From: Candidatus Sumerlaeaceae bacterium
Lineage (GTDB): Bacteria; Sumerlaeota; Sumerlaeia; Sumerlaeales; Sumerlaeaceae
Direction: 5' to 3'
DNA: 17,246 nucleotides
Assembly (NCBI GenBank): GCA_051003195.1
Contig: JBPCLP010000040.1
Location: forward strand, 1 to 17,246
Positions within the stretch are counted from its first letter, which is position 1. Every line of letters starts with the position of its first letter. Made by a program: the position numbers and the translations under genes. The notes below the pieces were generated by a model. The model searched no databases and was not told where the DNA came from. It saw only the letters and a list, made by a program, of their open reading frames with translations. This document shows positions 9,077 to 16,914 of the stretch, one piece after another.

Positions 9077-11182
9077 TCATCGAGCATCCTCCGCTGTGCA
9101 TAGTCGGTAGTGAATTAACTCAGAAGTGCGGCGGGTCGGCAAAGTGACTTGAAATTTCTGCATTAGTTCTGCTCCCGTTGCCTGGCGCACTGGCCCACCG
9201 GGCCATGCATGAGTAACGCAGTAACGCGCTTCAGCACGAAGCCCGTGCAGCGACAAATCTGCCGACGAATACTGTGATGCCTCTCGTCGAAATGCGAAGA
9301 TGATTCCCTCGTCCAAGTCCCGCCGGTGAAACTGGTATGCCATCCATTGTGTGCGTCCGCCGGAATAAGGTTTAAGCTCGTCCCACGCACGACCCGACGG
9401 TCGTTCATCGCCGCGCCATCCACTGCGCACGTAAGGCAGCAGCGGGTACCACGCTCCTACCAGCAGATGGCGCAGCTTCTTGTACTGATCGATTAATGTT
9501 CGCGCGCGTTGGCTGTCGAAGTCTTTCGCGTCAGCGATCCAGCCCAGGCAAAGCGAAGACGCCATCGTGGAATGAAACGAGTAATCGTCCAGGCGCGTCA
9601 GCGGAGTTGTGAAGACGCTGTTCGGCAGGTACTGGCTCAATCCCCAGATCTGCGCCTGATCCGTGTCGTCGTCGAACCAGTAGTCGCTGTCCTGGTGGAA
9701 ATGCATGCGGCTGATAGTCTCAAGGTCGATCCGGCGGCCGCCGCTGGCGCACTCCTCACGTAAGCTGTCCGGCCACGCCTCTGCAATCCGTTCCCAGTAG
9801 GTATACAGGCCCTGGATATAGTGCATCTCAGTCACACCTACGCGATCGGCAGAGTCGTTCTGGATCCAGTGTTGAATCGGGTCCATGTTAAAGTCCTGGC
9901 GGTAAAACCGGAACCCTGGCAGATCCATGAAGCCTTTGACGACGCTGAAGAAGTAGTTTCGCACTTCGGAGCGACCGAAATCCGCAAGGTACTGAGGCAT
10001 AACGTGCCCCTGTGCATCTTTTGCGGTCAGCAGCCAATCCGGATGGTCTCGGTGCAAACCGGTTCCGCTCATTACGCGTTCGGGTTCAAACCAGAGGCCG
10101 TAAATCAGGCCGTTCTGCGCAGCGCTCGCGGCCACTGGCTTCATCCCATCGGGGTAGGCATCGCGTCTAGGGGTCCAGTTGCCTGCTCCTCCCGGCCAAC
10201 CCCCTTCAAACCAGCCGGCGTCGGTGATCAAAGCTTCGAGTCCGAGCGGAGCGTAGGCGCGGATTAATGAAATCTGATTTTCTGCGTTACACTCGTTCAG
10301 CCATTCCCCGAGCCTTGTGAAGCAGGTGTTTGAAAAAGGCGTCGGCAGCGGGGTTTTGCCACTCCGCTTTGCTGCGTAGTGAGCGTAGATCAGTTCCCGA
10401 AAACGCGCATTGCACTCAATCGTTTTTCCCTTGTCCGCGAAAAGTAGTATCCGCGGACCGCGCAATCTTTCGCCGGGCAGCACACGAAACTTCGTACGGT
10501 ACATGCCAGCGCGTACTCGTGGCCCCGTTCCATCGCCAGGTTCGACGGTCGCCTGCCATCCTCCCGACCATCCGACAGCGACAATCCATGAGAGCTCGCC
10601 GACTTCAATTTTAAAAAAAGGGAAATCTCCGTTCGAGGAGCGGCCGCCCGAAGATTCCATCTTTATCGGCGCGCCGGCAATTACCGGCATGACCGAAGGC
10701 TCAAAATCGGTCGGGTTGGAGGGAGCGCCGCGCGTGCGATGCAACAGTATCTGGCCACCTGCCGGTGTTGGCAGGTGCATATCCAAAGGCAGGACGTCCT
10801 CAATAATCCCGGTCGGTGTGGTGCCTCGGTTCTCGAACGATAGAAGCCAGTCGGTTGCGTTATAGCTAAGGTAACGTTTCTCACATAGGACAATGCAAAG
10901 CCCATCAGTTGGGGACGCCCATGTAGTAGTCGTTTCACTGTAATCGGCCGTAGCCGCAGTGACGGTCTCGCTTTTGAAACTGGGCAGCAGTTGGAGGAAA
11001 GGTTGCGAGTCGTAATGAAAAGAAAAGCTTTGGCCGTCACTGACGACCGGACGGAGTTCCGACCTCGCCGAGTCGATCCGAGACTCTGCCGTAGAATTCC
11101 CGCCCATGCTAATCGCCAGCAACAGGGTGCTGAAACGATACGACACCGCACATTTAGTTTTCCAGCTGGAGCGATCTGGCAA
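9077..11182 (-). CDS. Secreted glycoside hydrolase family 36 (alpha-galactosidase-like), paralog of 5147-7240
   Basis: 701 aa with a TTG start and GGGAG 9 nt upstream (11192-11196). Motifs: SSGGRSS, GWSGGW, TDAGWF, GLWFEPERV, YRQDFN, CASGGRRIDL, DSDY. Confidence 0.88.
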   Translation of the reverse strand: MPDRSSWKTKCAVSYRFSTLLLAISMGGNSTAESRIDSARSELRPVVSDGQSFSFHYDSQPFLQLLPSFKSETVTAATADYSETTTTWASPTDGLCIVLCEKRYLSYNATDWLLSFENRGTTPTGIIEDVLPLDMHLPTPAGGQILLHRTRGAPSNPTDFEPSVMPVIAGAPIKMESSGGRSSNGDFPFFKIEVGELSWIVAVGWSGGWQATVEPGDGTGPRVRAGMYRTKFRVLPGERLRGPRILLFADKGKTIECNARFRELIYAHYAAKRSGKTPLPTPFSNTCFTRLGEWLNECNAENQISLIRAYAPLGLEALITDAGWFEGGWPGGAGNWTPRRDAYPDGMKPVAASAAQNGLIYGLWFEPERVMSGTGLHRDHPDWLLTAKDAQGHVMPQYLADFGRSEVRNYFFSVVKGFMDLPGFRFYRQDFNMDPIQHWIQNDSADRVGVTEMHYIQGLYTYWERIAEAWPDSLREECASGGRRIDLETISRMHFHQDSDYWFDDDTDQAQIWGLSQYLPNSVFTTPLTRLDDYSFHSTMASSLCLGWIADAKDFDSQRARTLIDQYKKLRHLLVGAWYPLLPYVRSGWRGDERPSGRAWDELKPYSGGRTQWMAYQFHRRDLDEGIIFAFRREASQYSSADLSLHGLRAEARYCVTHAWPGGPVRQATGAELMQKFQVTLPTRRTSELIHYRLCTAEDAR

Positions 11183-11234
11183 CGAATTTAACTCCCTGGC
11201 AATCCAGCCTTAAACTGCTGTCAAGATGCCGAGC

Positions 11235-11273
11235 AAAACAACACCGGGAGCGTGTCGGGCGCACCCCCGGTGC
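11235..11273 (-). terminator. Putative intrinsic terminator upstream of the glycoside hydrolase cluster
   Basis: The minus-strand RNA GCACCGGGGGUG-CGCCCGACA-CGCUCCCGGUGU forms a 12-bp stem. Three of its pairs are G-U wobbles that form only on this strand. It is followed by UGUUUU. Confidence 0.55.
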
Positions 11274-11341
11274 TCGGGGATCAAACATCTGGCGAGAATT
11301 GCGGCTTAGAAATGATCAACAATCATGAATTCGGGGACGGT

Positions 11342-11472
11342 GGGGCTGTTGAAAAACCCTGTGTCTTTGTTCGACCCCTTCAGGGTCGTGGGGATATTAC
11401 GCTCAAGATCCGCAGGTTGCACCTGCGGCTATTCATGTTCGACACCTCCGGTGTCGGTTTTTCAACACCCCC
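11342..11472 (+). mobile_element. 131-bp MITE-like non-autonomous element with 17-bp TIRs and a 5-bp target site duplication
   Basis: Left TIR GGGGCTGTTGAAAAACC (11342-11358) and right TIR GGTTTTTCAACACCCCC (11456-11472) match at 16/17. Direct repeat ACGGT lies at 11337-11341 and 11473-11477. It has no credible coding capacity, and a second copy is at the window start. Confidence 0.88.
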
Positions 11473-11507
11473 ACGGTTGACGTTTTCCCAATTGATCGGC
11501 GGACTTC

Positions 11508-11547
11508 TCAGGGCGCGGAATCCGATTCAGCGGGTTCCGCGCCCTGA
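11508..11547. terminator. Strong hairpin 13 nt downstream of the amidase stop codon (terminator or mRNA 3'-end stabiliser)
   Basis: TCAGGGCGCGGAATCCG-ATTCAG-CGGGTTCCGCGCCCTGA is a 17-bp stem with one non-Watson-Crick position. There is no U-tract on either strand, so the terminator role is uncertain. Confidence 0.5.
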
Positions 11548-11560
11548 CTATCATCCAGTC

Positions 11561-12565
11561 CTAGCGGGTTGCCGAACCCGAGGATACCACGTTGGCTGCC
11601 GAATCGTAGGTCACACCCGAGCCAGATATGTTTGTCACCGTGAACGTGACTGTACCTGTTTTGTTGGTGCTCGAGGTTGAATTGATCGTCGCATTTCCAA
11701 GCGTGTCACTTGCCCCACTCAAGCCGGAATTGGCAATTATGCCTGTGAAGTTACCCGTGACGGTTGCGCCGGCGATGTTATTGCCAAGTGCGTCACGCAC
11801 GTTAACCACCGCACGTGCTTTTACTTTGGGCCCGCCAGCCGCGACAAACGAGACCGCGATGCTGTTGACGTGCACGGGAGTCGGTGCTGCCGCAGGGCAG
11901 AGATCCTGCTTGGTGCACACATCGTTGCGGACCTGCCCGGCGTTCGGGTCGGTCCCAATGTACGGGATATAGAAGCCATCCCCGGGACATGCCGTGGCCG
12001 ATACATCGCGGTGCCCCCCGATTATGTTTTCGACGGGCCCACCGTAGTTTCCCGTCCCAAAGGGCTGTCGCCCGTTCTTATCCCACTGCCACGCAATCAG
12101 GTTGGACGTGGAGTTGAGCATCTCCGGCGTGGGCACATCGTTGACGGTAGGGTGGAAGTAACCCATGCAACAAACGCCAAGGCCGGGACAATTAATCCCA
12201 TCATGGGCGCCGCGCGGGTAGCTGCTGATACTTCCTTCGCGGCCCTCAAATATCCCGCCGTGCTTACACACCAGGAAGTTGTACCCAATGTCACACCAGC
12301 CGTTTACGTCCATGTGGTAGTTCTGGTGATCGCGAACCCTTGCGGAACAGCCCGTATGGTCGACTACCTGGTAATCGGACGATGCGGCCGTGTGATGGAT
12401 GGTGACATGTTCCCATGGGGAGCACTGCGAAATGGAACATGAAGGTGCACGGGCCACCCACTCCGCCCGGGTAACGATTACTGGCTGCGGGTACAATGCC
12501 TGCGAAACTGCTGCTGAAAAAACGAATACTGAAGCAAATAAGGCAGATATGCTGTATTTGGACAT
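11561..12565 (-). CDS. Secreted N-acetylmuramoyl-L-alanine amidase (Amidase_2 / PGRP-like) with a C-terminal Ig-like beta domain
   Basis: ATG 12565 has AGGAG 7 nt upstream and a signal peptide (MSKYSISALFASVFVFSAAVSQA). PGRP hallmarks are present: IVTRAEWVAR, VTIHHTA, GWCDIGYNFLV, IFEGR, GAH and HRDVSATACPG (His, His and Cys zinc ligands plus Tyr). A PTP linker leads to a ~105-aa Thr/Ser/Val-rich beta domain. Confidence 0.92.
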   Translation of the reverse strand: MSKYSISALFASVFVFSAAVSQALYPQPVIVTRAEWVARAPSCSISQCSPWEHVTIHHTAASSDYQVVDHTGCSARVRDHQNYHMDVNGWCDIGYNFLVCKHGGIFEGREGSISSYPRGAHDGINCPGLGVCCMGYFHPTVNDVPTPEMLNSTSNLIAWQWDKNGRQPFGTGNYGGPVENIIGGHRDVSATACPGDGFYIPYIGTDPNAGQVRNDVCTKQDLCPAAAPTPVHVNSIAVSFVAAGGPKVKARAVVNVRDALGNNIAGATVTGNFTGIIANSGLSGASDTLGNATINSTSSTNKTGTVTFTVTNISGSGVTYDSAANVVSSGSATR

Positions 12566-12657
12566 ATTGCCTCTCCTCTCTCGCAATCGAGTGCGAAATA
12601 AAATGAGTTAATAAAAAACAACTATTTACAGAAAGCTGCAGAGTCGATTGTCAGGTT

Positions 12658-13635
12658 TTATTCTTTCAGTTCCTCCTTCTGGGGAACGAGCGTGGTTCCC
12701 GGTAATGTGTTGTCCATGTAGGTCAGCGCGATGGTTTGAATCACGGGTGTCTGGTCGGCGTTCTCGGTAGTAAGCGAGACGCGATATCGCACGAGCCGGC
12801 CCTGATTATCCGTGCGTGAACTCAGATCGCCTATGGTTTCGCCATAGTTCGGATTCGGGCGACCGTCAGGGTAGACGCGTGAGACATCGTCGTTATGCGG
12901 ATCAGGGTTGCTTTCATCCCATGCGGTCCATGTGCTGCCGTCCCTGCTCGTCGACAGTTCGACTTTCACACCGGTGCCGGCGGGCGAATTCTGACGCCAG
13001 TGCGCGCCGACAGTCTGGATTGCGATTTCCGTCGGGATGGGCATTGACTGCATAATCCCCTGGACAGGGAATTTGCCGTCTGGCTGGCGCTTGAGTTTGA
13101 TCCCGTCCGGCGTTGGCTCAACATTATCCATTTTCGTAAAGAAGGCTGGATCTGCGCTGCCGGTAAGATCATGCCGGTAGGTAAGTGTCTGCCCGGAAGG
13201 TCCCTTTTCCAGCGTCATCCTGCCTTTGCCATTTACCAGCGGCATTGCAATTCCGGCCGGCAGGGAACTCTGCCCCCGACCGGGTTTGCTCGGCGACGAC
13301 GCATCATTGCCTGTTGAAGAAATCGGCGCTTTGCGGGCGGATGAGCTGCTGTCGAGGGGTGACCCCGCGGCGGCAGTCGATGATGGCGCTGGTTTGCCGG
13401 GCGACGATGGGCGATGTACAACCCACCAGTTGCCGACTATTACCACTGCGATCACCAACGTGCAGACAGCCAACAACGCTCGTTTATTAAGCCGTGCGGG
13501 ACCCTGGGTTGACGGGCCAGCAGACACTATTTTGCCGTCACGGGAAATGTCGCAAAGCACTGAGGAAACATGATGCCCTCGCAATTTCGCAAGATCTGAA
13601 AAACAGTCGATGATTACGTGGTTGCCGATTCGCAA
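12658..13635 (-). CDS. Hypothetical membrane-anchored protein (single TM, Ser/Pro linker, beta-sandwich-like domain)
   Basis: 325-aa ORF whose true start is probably downstream, e.g. GTG at 13527. It has a TM helix (ALLAVCTLVIAVVIVGNWWVV), a low-complexity linker, then a beta-rich region containing GVKVELSTSRDGSTWTAW and VRYRVSL...TPVIQTIALTY. Confidence 0.7.
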   Translation of the reverse strand: MRIGNHVIIDCFSDLAKLRGHHVSSVLCDISRDGKIVSAGPSTQGPARLNKRALLAVCTLVIAVVIVGNWWVVHRPSSPGKPAPSSTAAAGSPLDSSSSARKAPISSTGNDASSPSKPGRGQSSLPAGIAMPLVNGKGRMTLEKGPSGQTLTYRHDLTGSADPAFFTKMDNVEPTPDGIKLKRQPDGKFPVQGIMQSMPIPTEIAIQTVGAHWRQNSPAGTGVKVELSTSRDGSTWTAWDESNPDPHNDDVSRVYPDGRPNPNYGETIGDLSSRTDNQGRLVRYRVSLTTENADQTPVIQTIALTYMDNTLPGTTLVPQKEELKE

Positions 13636-13884
13636 GCTTTTTTGTCGGCAGTGCAGTAGCGTGCGCCGTGATCTATCAATCGGCGTTGATTCATTAAGAA
13701 TGGCGAGTCAAATTTGCTTTTTTGTGCTTTTTGTGTCCAGCATATCAAAACAAAACTATCGGAGTAGACGTCACAATCTACACCGCGTGGAGAACTCCTT
13801 TCTCCAAACCTATGATCCTTATCATGGACGTCCCCGATTTTACATCGAGCCTTATTTGCCAGACCAAGCTAAAACAAAATTTAC

Positions 13885-13916
13885 CTGGCACCTATTTGCT
13901 CTGGCACCTATTTGCT
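13885..13916. repeat. Perfect 16-bp tandem duplication CTGGCACCTATTTGCT x2
   Basis: Identical units at 13885-13900 and 13901-13916, in the intergenic region downstream of the YfhO gene. Confidence 0.85.
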
Positions 13917-13974
13917 CTAGTTTCCTGGTTATGGACACACTATGAAGCGGTCCCTGAACGTCCCCCAATTTCAG

Positions 13975-16914
13975 CTAGCCATCGTGGCCAGCATAGCGGC
14001 GTGCCCGAGGGATTAGCAATAACAGAGCGCAAAAAGCGAGGCTTGACACAGTTAACATAATACCGGTGCGGAGATAGGGAGTGTTGAAGCGGAACTCGAG
14101 GTTGTGGTCTCCGGGTGGGAGGTTCACTGCCATAAAGTTCCCATTAGCCTGTCGAACGGCTACTGCTTTTCCGGATTCTTCCGCCGTCCACCCCGGGTAC
14201 CAGGTTTTAGAAAGCACCACCCAGCCATTGTCATTCATCTGTGCGTGCAGATGAAACTGTTCAGGAAATCTTGAAAGTTGCAGAGTAGCCGTTCCGGTAA
14301 AGTCCTCTGGCCCCTTGGAGTTTTCAAAGCGTGCGTTTGAGTCACCTTGAGCGACCAGAACGGTGCGAAATGGATCAAAGTCGCGACCAGCAATCCGCTG
14401 TTTAACCGCACCCAAATCGCTATGTTCCATTTCGATGGCCGTTGGGACCGTCCAAACATAACCCAGGGATGGGCAAGTGAGCACCTCCCAATCCGGAGTG
14501 CGGCTTTCAGCGAGGTTGCAGAATCCTGATTCGGTCGGGCGGAGTGCAACGAAGCCGGAATCAGTGTGTAGTATTACCTGGTTCAGCAATAAAGTTTCTG
14601 GGCCTGTCGAGACTGCCTCAACCCGAACAGCATTCACCAGTTCCGACGAATTGATCGGGTACTCTGCCTGATAGAAGATTATCATTGGGGCAAACGGGTT
14701 ATGAACATTTGAAGTTTGCTCATAAGCAAAGACTGGCTGGTGCTCTGCTTTTGACGTAAGACCTGTAGATGCGCCAATGTCCCTACCCAGCATGACGGGG
14801 GACGTACTTACCACATTTCCGTTTTCGCCTAGTAAATTGATTGTGGCGATGTGCGCGTTCATGGAACCACCGTTTGTGTCGGTCGCACTAGCTACAAAGT
14901 GTATCTTATCAACGCGACTCGTTTGTGGCAGTTTCAGAGTAGCACTAGATGAAAAGTCTCTGACGGCAATAGTGGGAGGACCTTGTAAGGCAAGGTTTCC
15001 CCGCTCCTGTACATAAAACGGCGGGATATCTCCGGGAAGTTTCATAAACTTCAGTGGCCGGATCACCTGCCCGACGTTACATAGCTGCAAAAGTTTCAGG
15101 TGGAGGCGGTTCCAAGGGGACTCGGGCTGTGGCAACATAGCCGAAGTCCAGACAGGGACGGTGACAGAATACCCATTTGCCAACGGTGGTCCGCCATTAA
15201 TGGCGCCGTTAATTGCCCCGCCCATTTGCGTAGCCTCGGCAGTGAGTATTCTGCCTGGTGTATCCGATCCCGGAGCAGCCAGGGCAGGGGATTCGGGCTT
15301 CCAAGACGGTTCTGGTTTTAGGTCGTATTCTCGGCAAAACCCATAAGCAAAGAACTCCGCTGTGAACAGAAGCGCTGCTACAGGGAGTAGCACTTTGCGA
15401 GGTACACGGCCAATTAGAAGTGCCCATAGCAAACAGGCTATTGAAACTGCGCCGCCAAACAGCAGTTGGAATCGAACAGCTTCATCAAATTGGCGTAACT
15501 TCGCCGCCACTTTGGGGACCATAGCATGCTGATCAATGAGCAGAACCTTAGTAAAAGTAGGCGGCCACCCCGTGTGATAGTAAGCAGAAAGGATCATAAG
15601 CAGGGCGCCACCTGCGACACATGCTGCCAAGATGCCCGCCGTAAGTAAGCCCGCTCTGCGCAGTTCGGCTGCCGAACTTTTAATAATCACATCGACGCCA
15701 CGGCCGCTCAGTAGCCCCCATGCCAGGAACGTCACCCATAGCGCACGAGTTGGTGCTCTTACCAACTTAAAGCCGGGAAGATAGTCATACGCCCAGCGAA
15801 AAACGGGCGTCTGCATACCGCAGGCGTACAGCAGCGGTAACAAGGAGAGCGCAAACAGCAGAAGCCAAAGCGGTCGTCGTCGGATTAAGAACGATGGAAT
15901 AGCAAGCAACACTGCTGCAAGGCCGATGTGTTTCGTGTTCTCAAGGGCGCTTGAACCAACCCATTGGAAATACGTGAACTCAAAGTTTGGAGGGGTTAGG
16001 CTACGCCAAGGCAGTGCGCGAAACAACCCCGGAAAAAAAAAGGCTGCAGCCTGCCGAAGATTTACGGAAAATTCAGCTGCGGCTTCCATCGGCATGAGGG
16101 TTCTATCGCAAACGCTGATCAACTGCAGCGTTGGCAATAGCTGCACGCCCGCGACCCCGAACGCGACCAGGAGCGGTAGAAGACACAGAGCGAATTGACC
16201 TGCCGTTGCCCGAAAGCTCAATCCATTGCGAACGGCAAAGTTCAGCGAGAGGACACCTGCCACCGCAAGGTAGGTGTAGTAGAGATACATGGCCGTTTGA
16301 GGATGGCCCGCAAATATTGCCACCCCGAGCAGAACGGAGGAAAGCCCCACATAAAAGGGCGTACTGCCTCTCAAGCGCAGGTAGCGCACCAGCAATCCCA
16401 GCGCGAAAACACCAGGAATGAGGGTTTGGATGATATTTACCTGAGTTATATGGTTAACTACATAACCATTGTGAGCCATCACTAGCCCTGCAAAAACGCT
16501 TCCAACCTTTGATAAACCGCACCCACGTGCAAGGAAGGTGGCGGCAAAGGCCATCGCAATAAGGTGCGCCAGAAGGTAAAGGTTGTACTGAAACTGCTGG
16601 TCTGGCGAGCTGAAGATTAAGCCGAAGAGAAGATTTCCCGGAAAGAAGAAACCGAACTGGGGATCCGAAAACGCAGGGTACCCCCCAAGGATTTTGTCAG
16701 TCCATTGCGGCAGGTGGAACTCGCGTAAACTGGTGGCCTCGAGAACGCGGAATGGGGCGTGAAACCAATAGAGGTCTCCCACCACCTTGACCCCGCCAAT
16801 CTGAACGAGCAGCGGGAAATGGAAGAGGCAGGTAAACAGCAGTGCTGCCGCATAGTGCCAGTAATCGAAGTAAAGTTGTCTCAGCGCGTTGCCGGGGGGA
16901 AATTGTTTTACCAC
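13975..16914 (-). CDS. YfhO-family membrane protein (putative GT-C glycosyltransferase)
   Basis: 979 aa. The N-terminus has GDLYWFHAPF...LPQWTDKILGGYPAFSDPQFGFFFP, then AGHPQ, QLLPTLQL, LPGFKLVRAPTR and many TM helices. The C-terminus has the YfhO-type GWVVLSKTWYPGWTA...ANGNFMAVNLPPGDHNLEFRF plus a last TM helix. The start codon is uncertain. Confidence 0.85.
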   Translation of the reverse strand: MVKQFPPGNALRQLYFDYWHYAAALLFTCLFHFPLLVQIGGVKVVGDLYWFHAPFRVLEATSLREFHLPQWTDKILGGYPAFSDPQFGFFFPGNLLFGLIFSSPDQQFQYNLYLLAHLIAMAFAATFLARGCGLSKVGSVFAGLVMAHNGYVVNHITQVNIIQTLIPGVFALGLLVRYLRLRGSTPFYVGLSSVLLGVAIFAGHPQTAMYLYYTYLAVAGVLSLNFAVRNGLSFRATAGQFALCLLPLLVAFGVAGVQLLPTLQLISVCDRTLMPMEAAAEFSVNLRQAAAFFFPGLFRALPWRSLTPPNFEFTYFQWVGSSALENTKHIGLAAVLLAIPSFLIRRRPLWLLLFALSLLPLLYACGMQTPVFRWAYDYLPGFKLVRAPTRALWVTFLAWGLLSGRGVDVIIKSSAAELRRAGLLTAGILAACVAGGALLMILSAYYHTGWPPTFTKVLLIDQHAMVPKVAAKLRQFDEAVRFQLLFGGAVSIACLLWALLIGRVPRKVLLPVAALLFTAEFFAYGFCREYDLKPEPSWKPESPALAAPGSDTPGRILTAEATQMGGAINGAINGGPPLANGYSVTVPVWTSAMLPQPESPWNRLHLKLLQLCNVGQVIRPLKFMKLPGDIPPFYVQERGNLALQGPPTIAVRDFSSSATLKLPQTSRVDKIHFVASATDTNGGSMNAHIATINLLGENGNVVSTSPVMLGRDIGASTGLTSKAEHQPVFAYEQTSNVHNPFAPMIIFYQAEYPINSSELVNAVRVEAVSTGPETLLLNQVILHTDSGFVALRPTESGFCNLAESRTPDWEVLTCPSLGYVWTVPTAIEMEHSDLGAVKQRIAGRDFDPFRTVLVAQGDSNARFENSKGPEDFTGTATLQLSRFPEQFHLHAQMNDNGWVVLSKTWYPGWTAEESGKAVAVRQANGNFMAVNLPPGDHNLEFRFNTPYLRTGIMLTVSSLAFCALLLLIPRARRYAGHDG

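Noticed and set aside
10608..10622. Slippery-looking CCCTTTTTTTAAAA run in the GH36 gene
   Set aside because: The ORF is uninterrupted and matches its paralog on both sides, so no frameshift needs to be invoked.
11252..11680. 142-aa plus-strand ORF running through the MITE
   Set aside because: It crosses terminator hairpins and the repeat and overlaps the amidase antisense. It has no transposase-like motifs and is most likely spurious.
13610..14060. Two plus-strand ORFs (111 and 112 aa) in the YfhO/hypothetical gap
   Set aside because: They overlap each other, run against the flanking genes, cross a tandem duplication and show no recognisable motifs.
16033..16041. A9 tract (T9 on the coding strand) in the YfhO gene as a phase-variation site
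   Set aside because: It encodes Phe-Phe-Phe in a hydrophobic segment with the frame intact. There is no evidence of slippage without read data.
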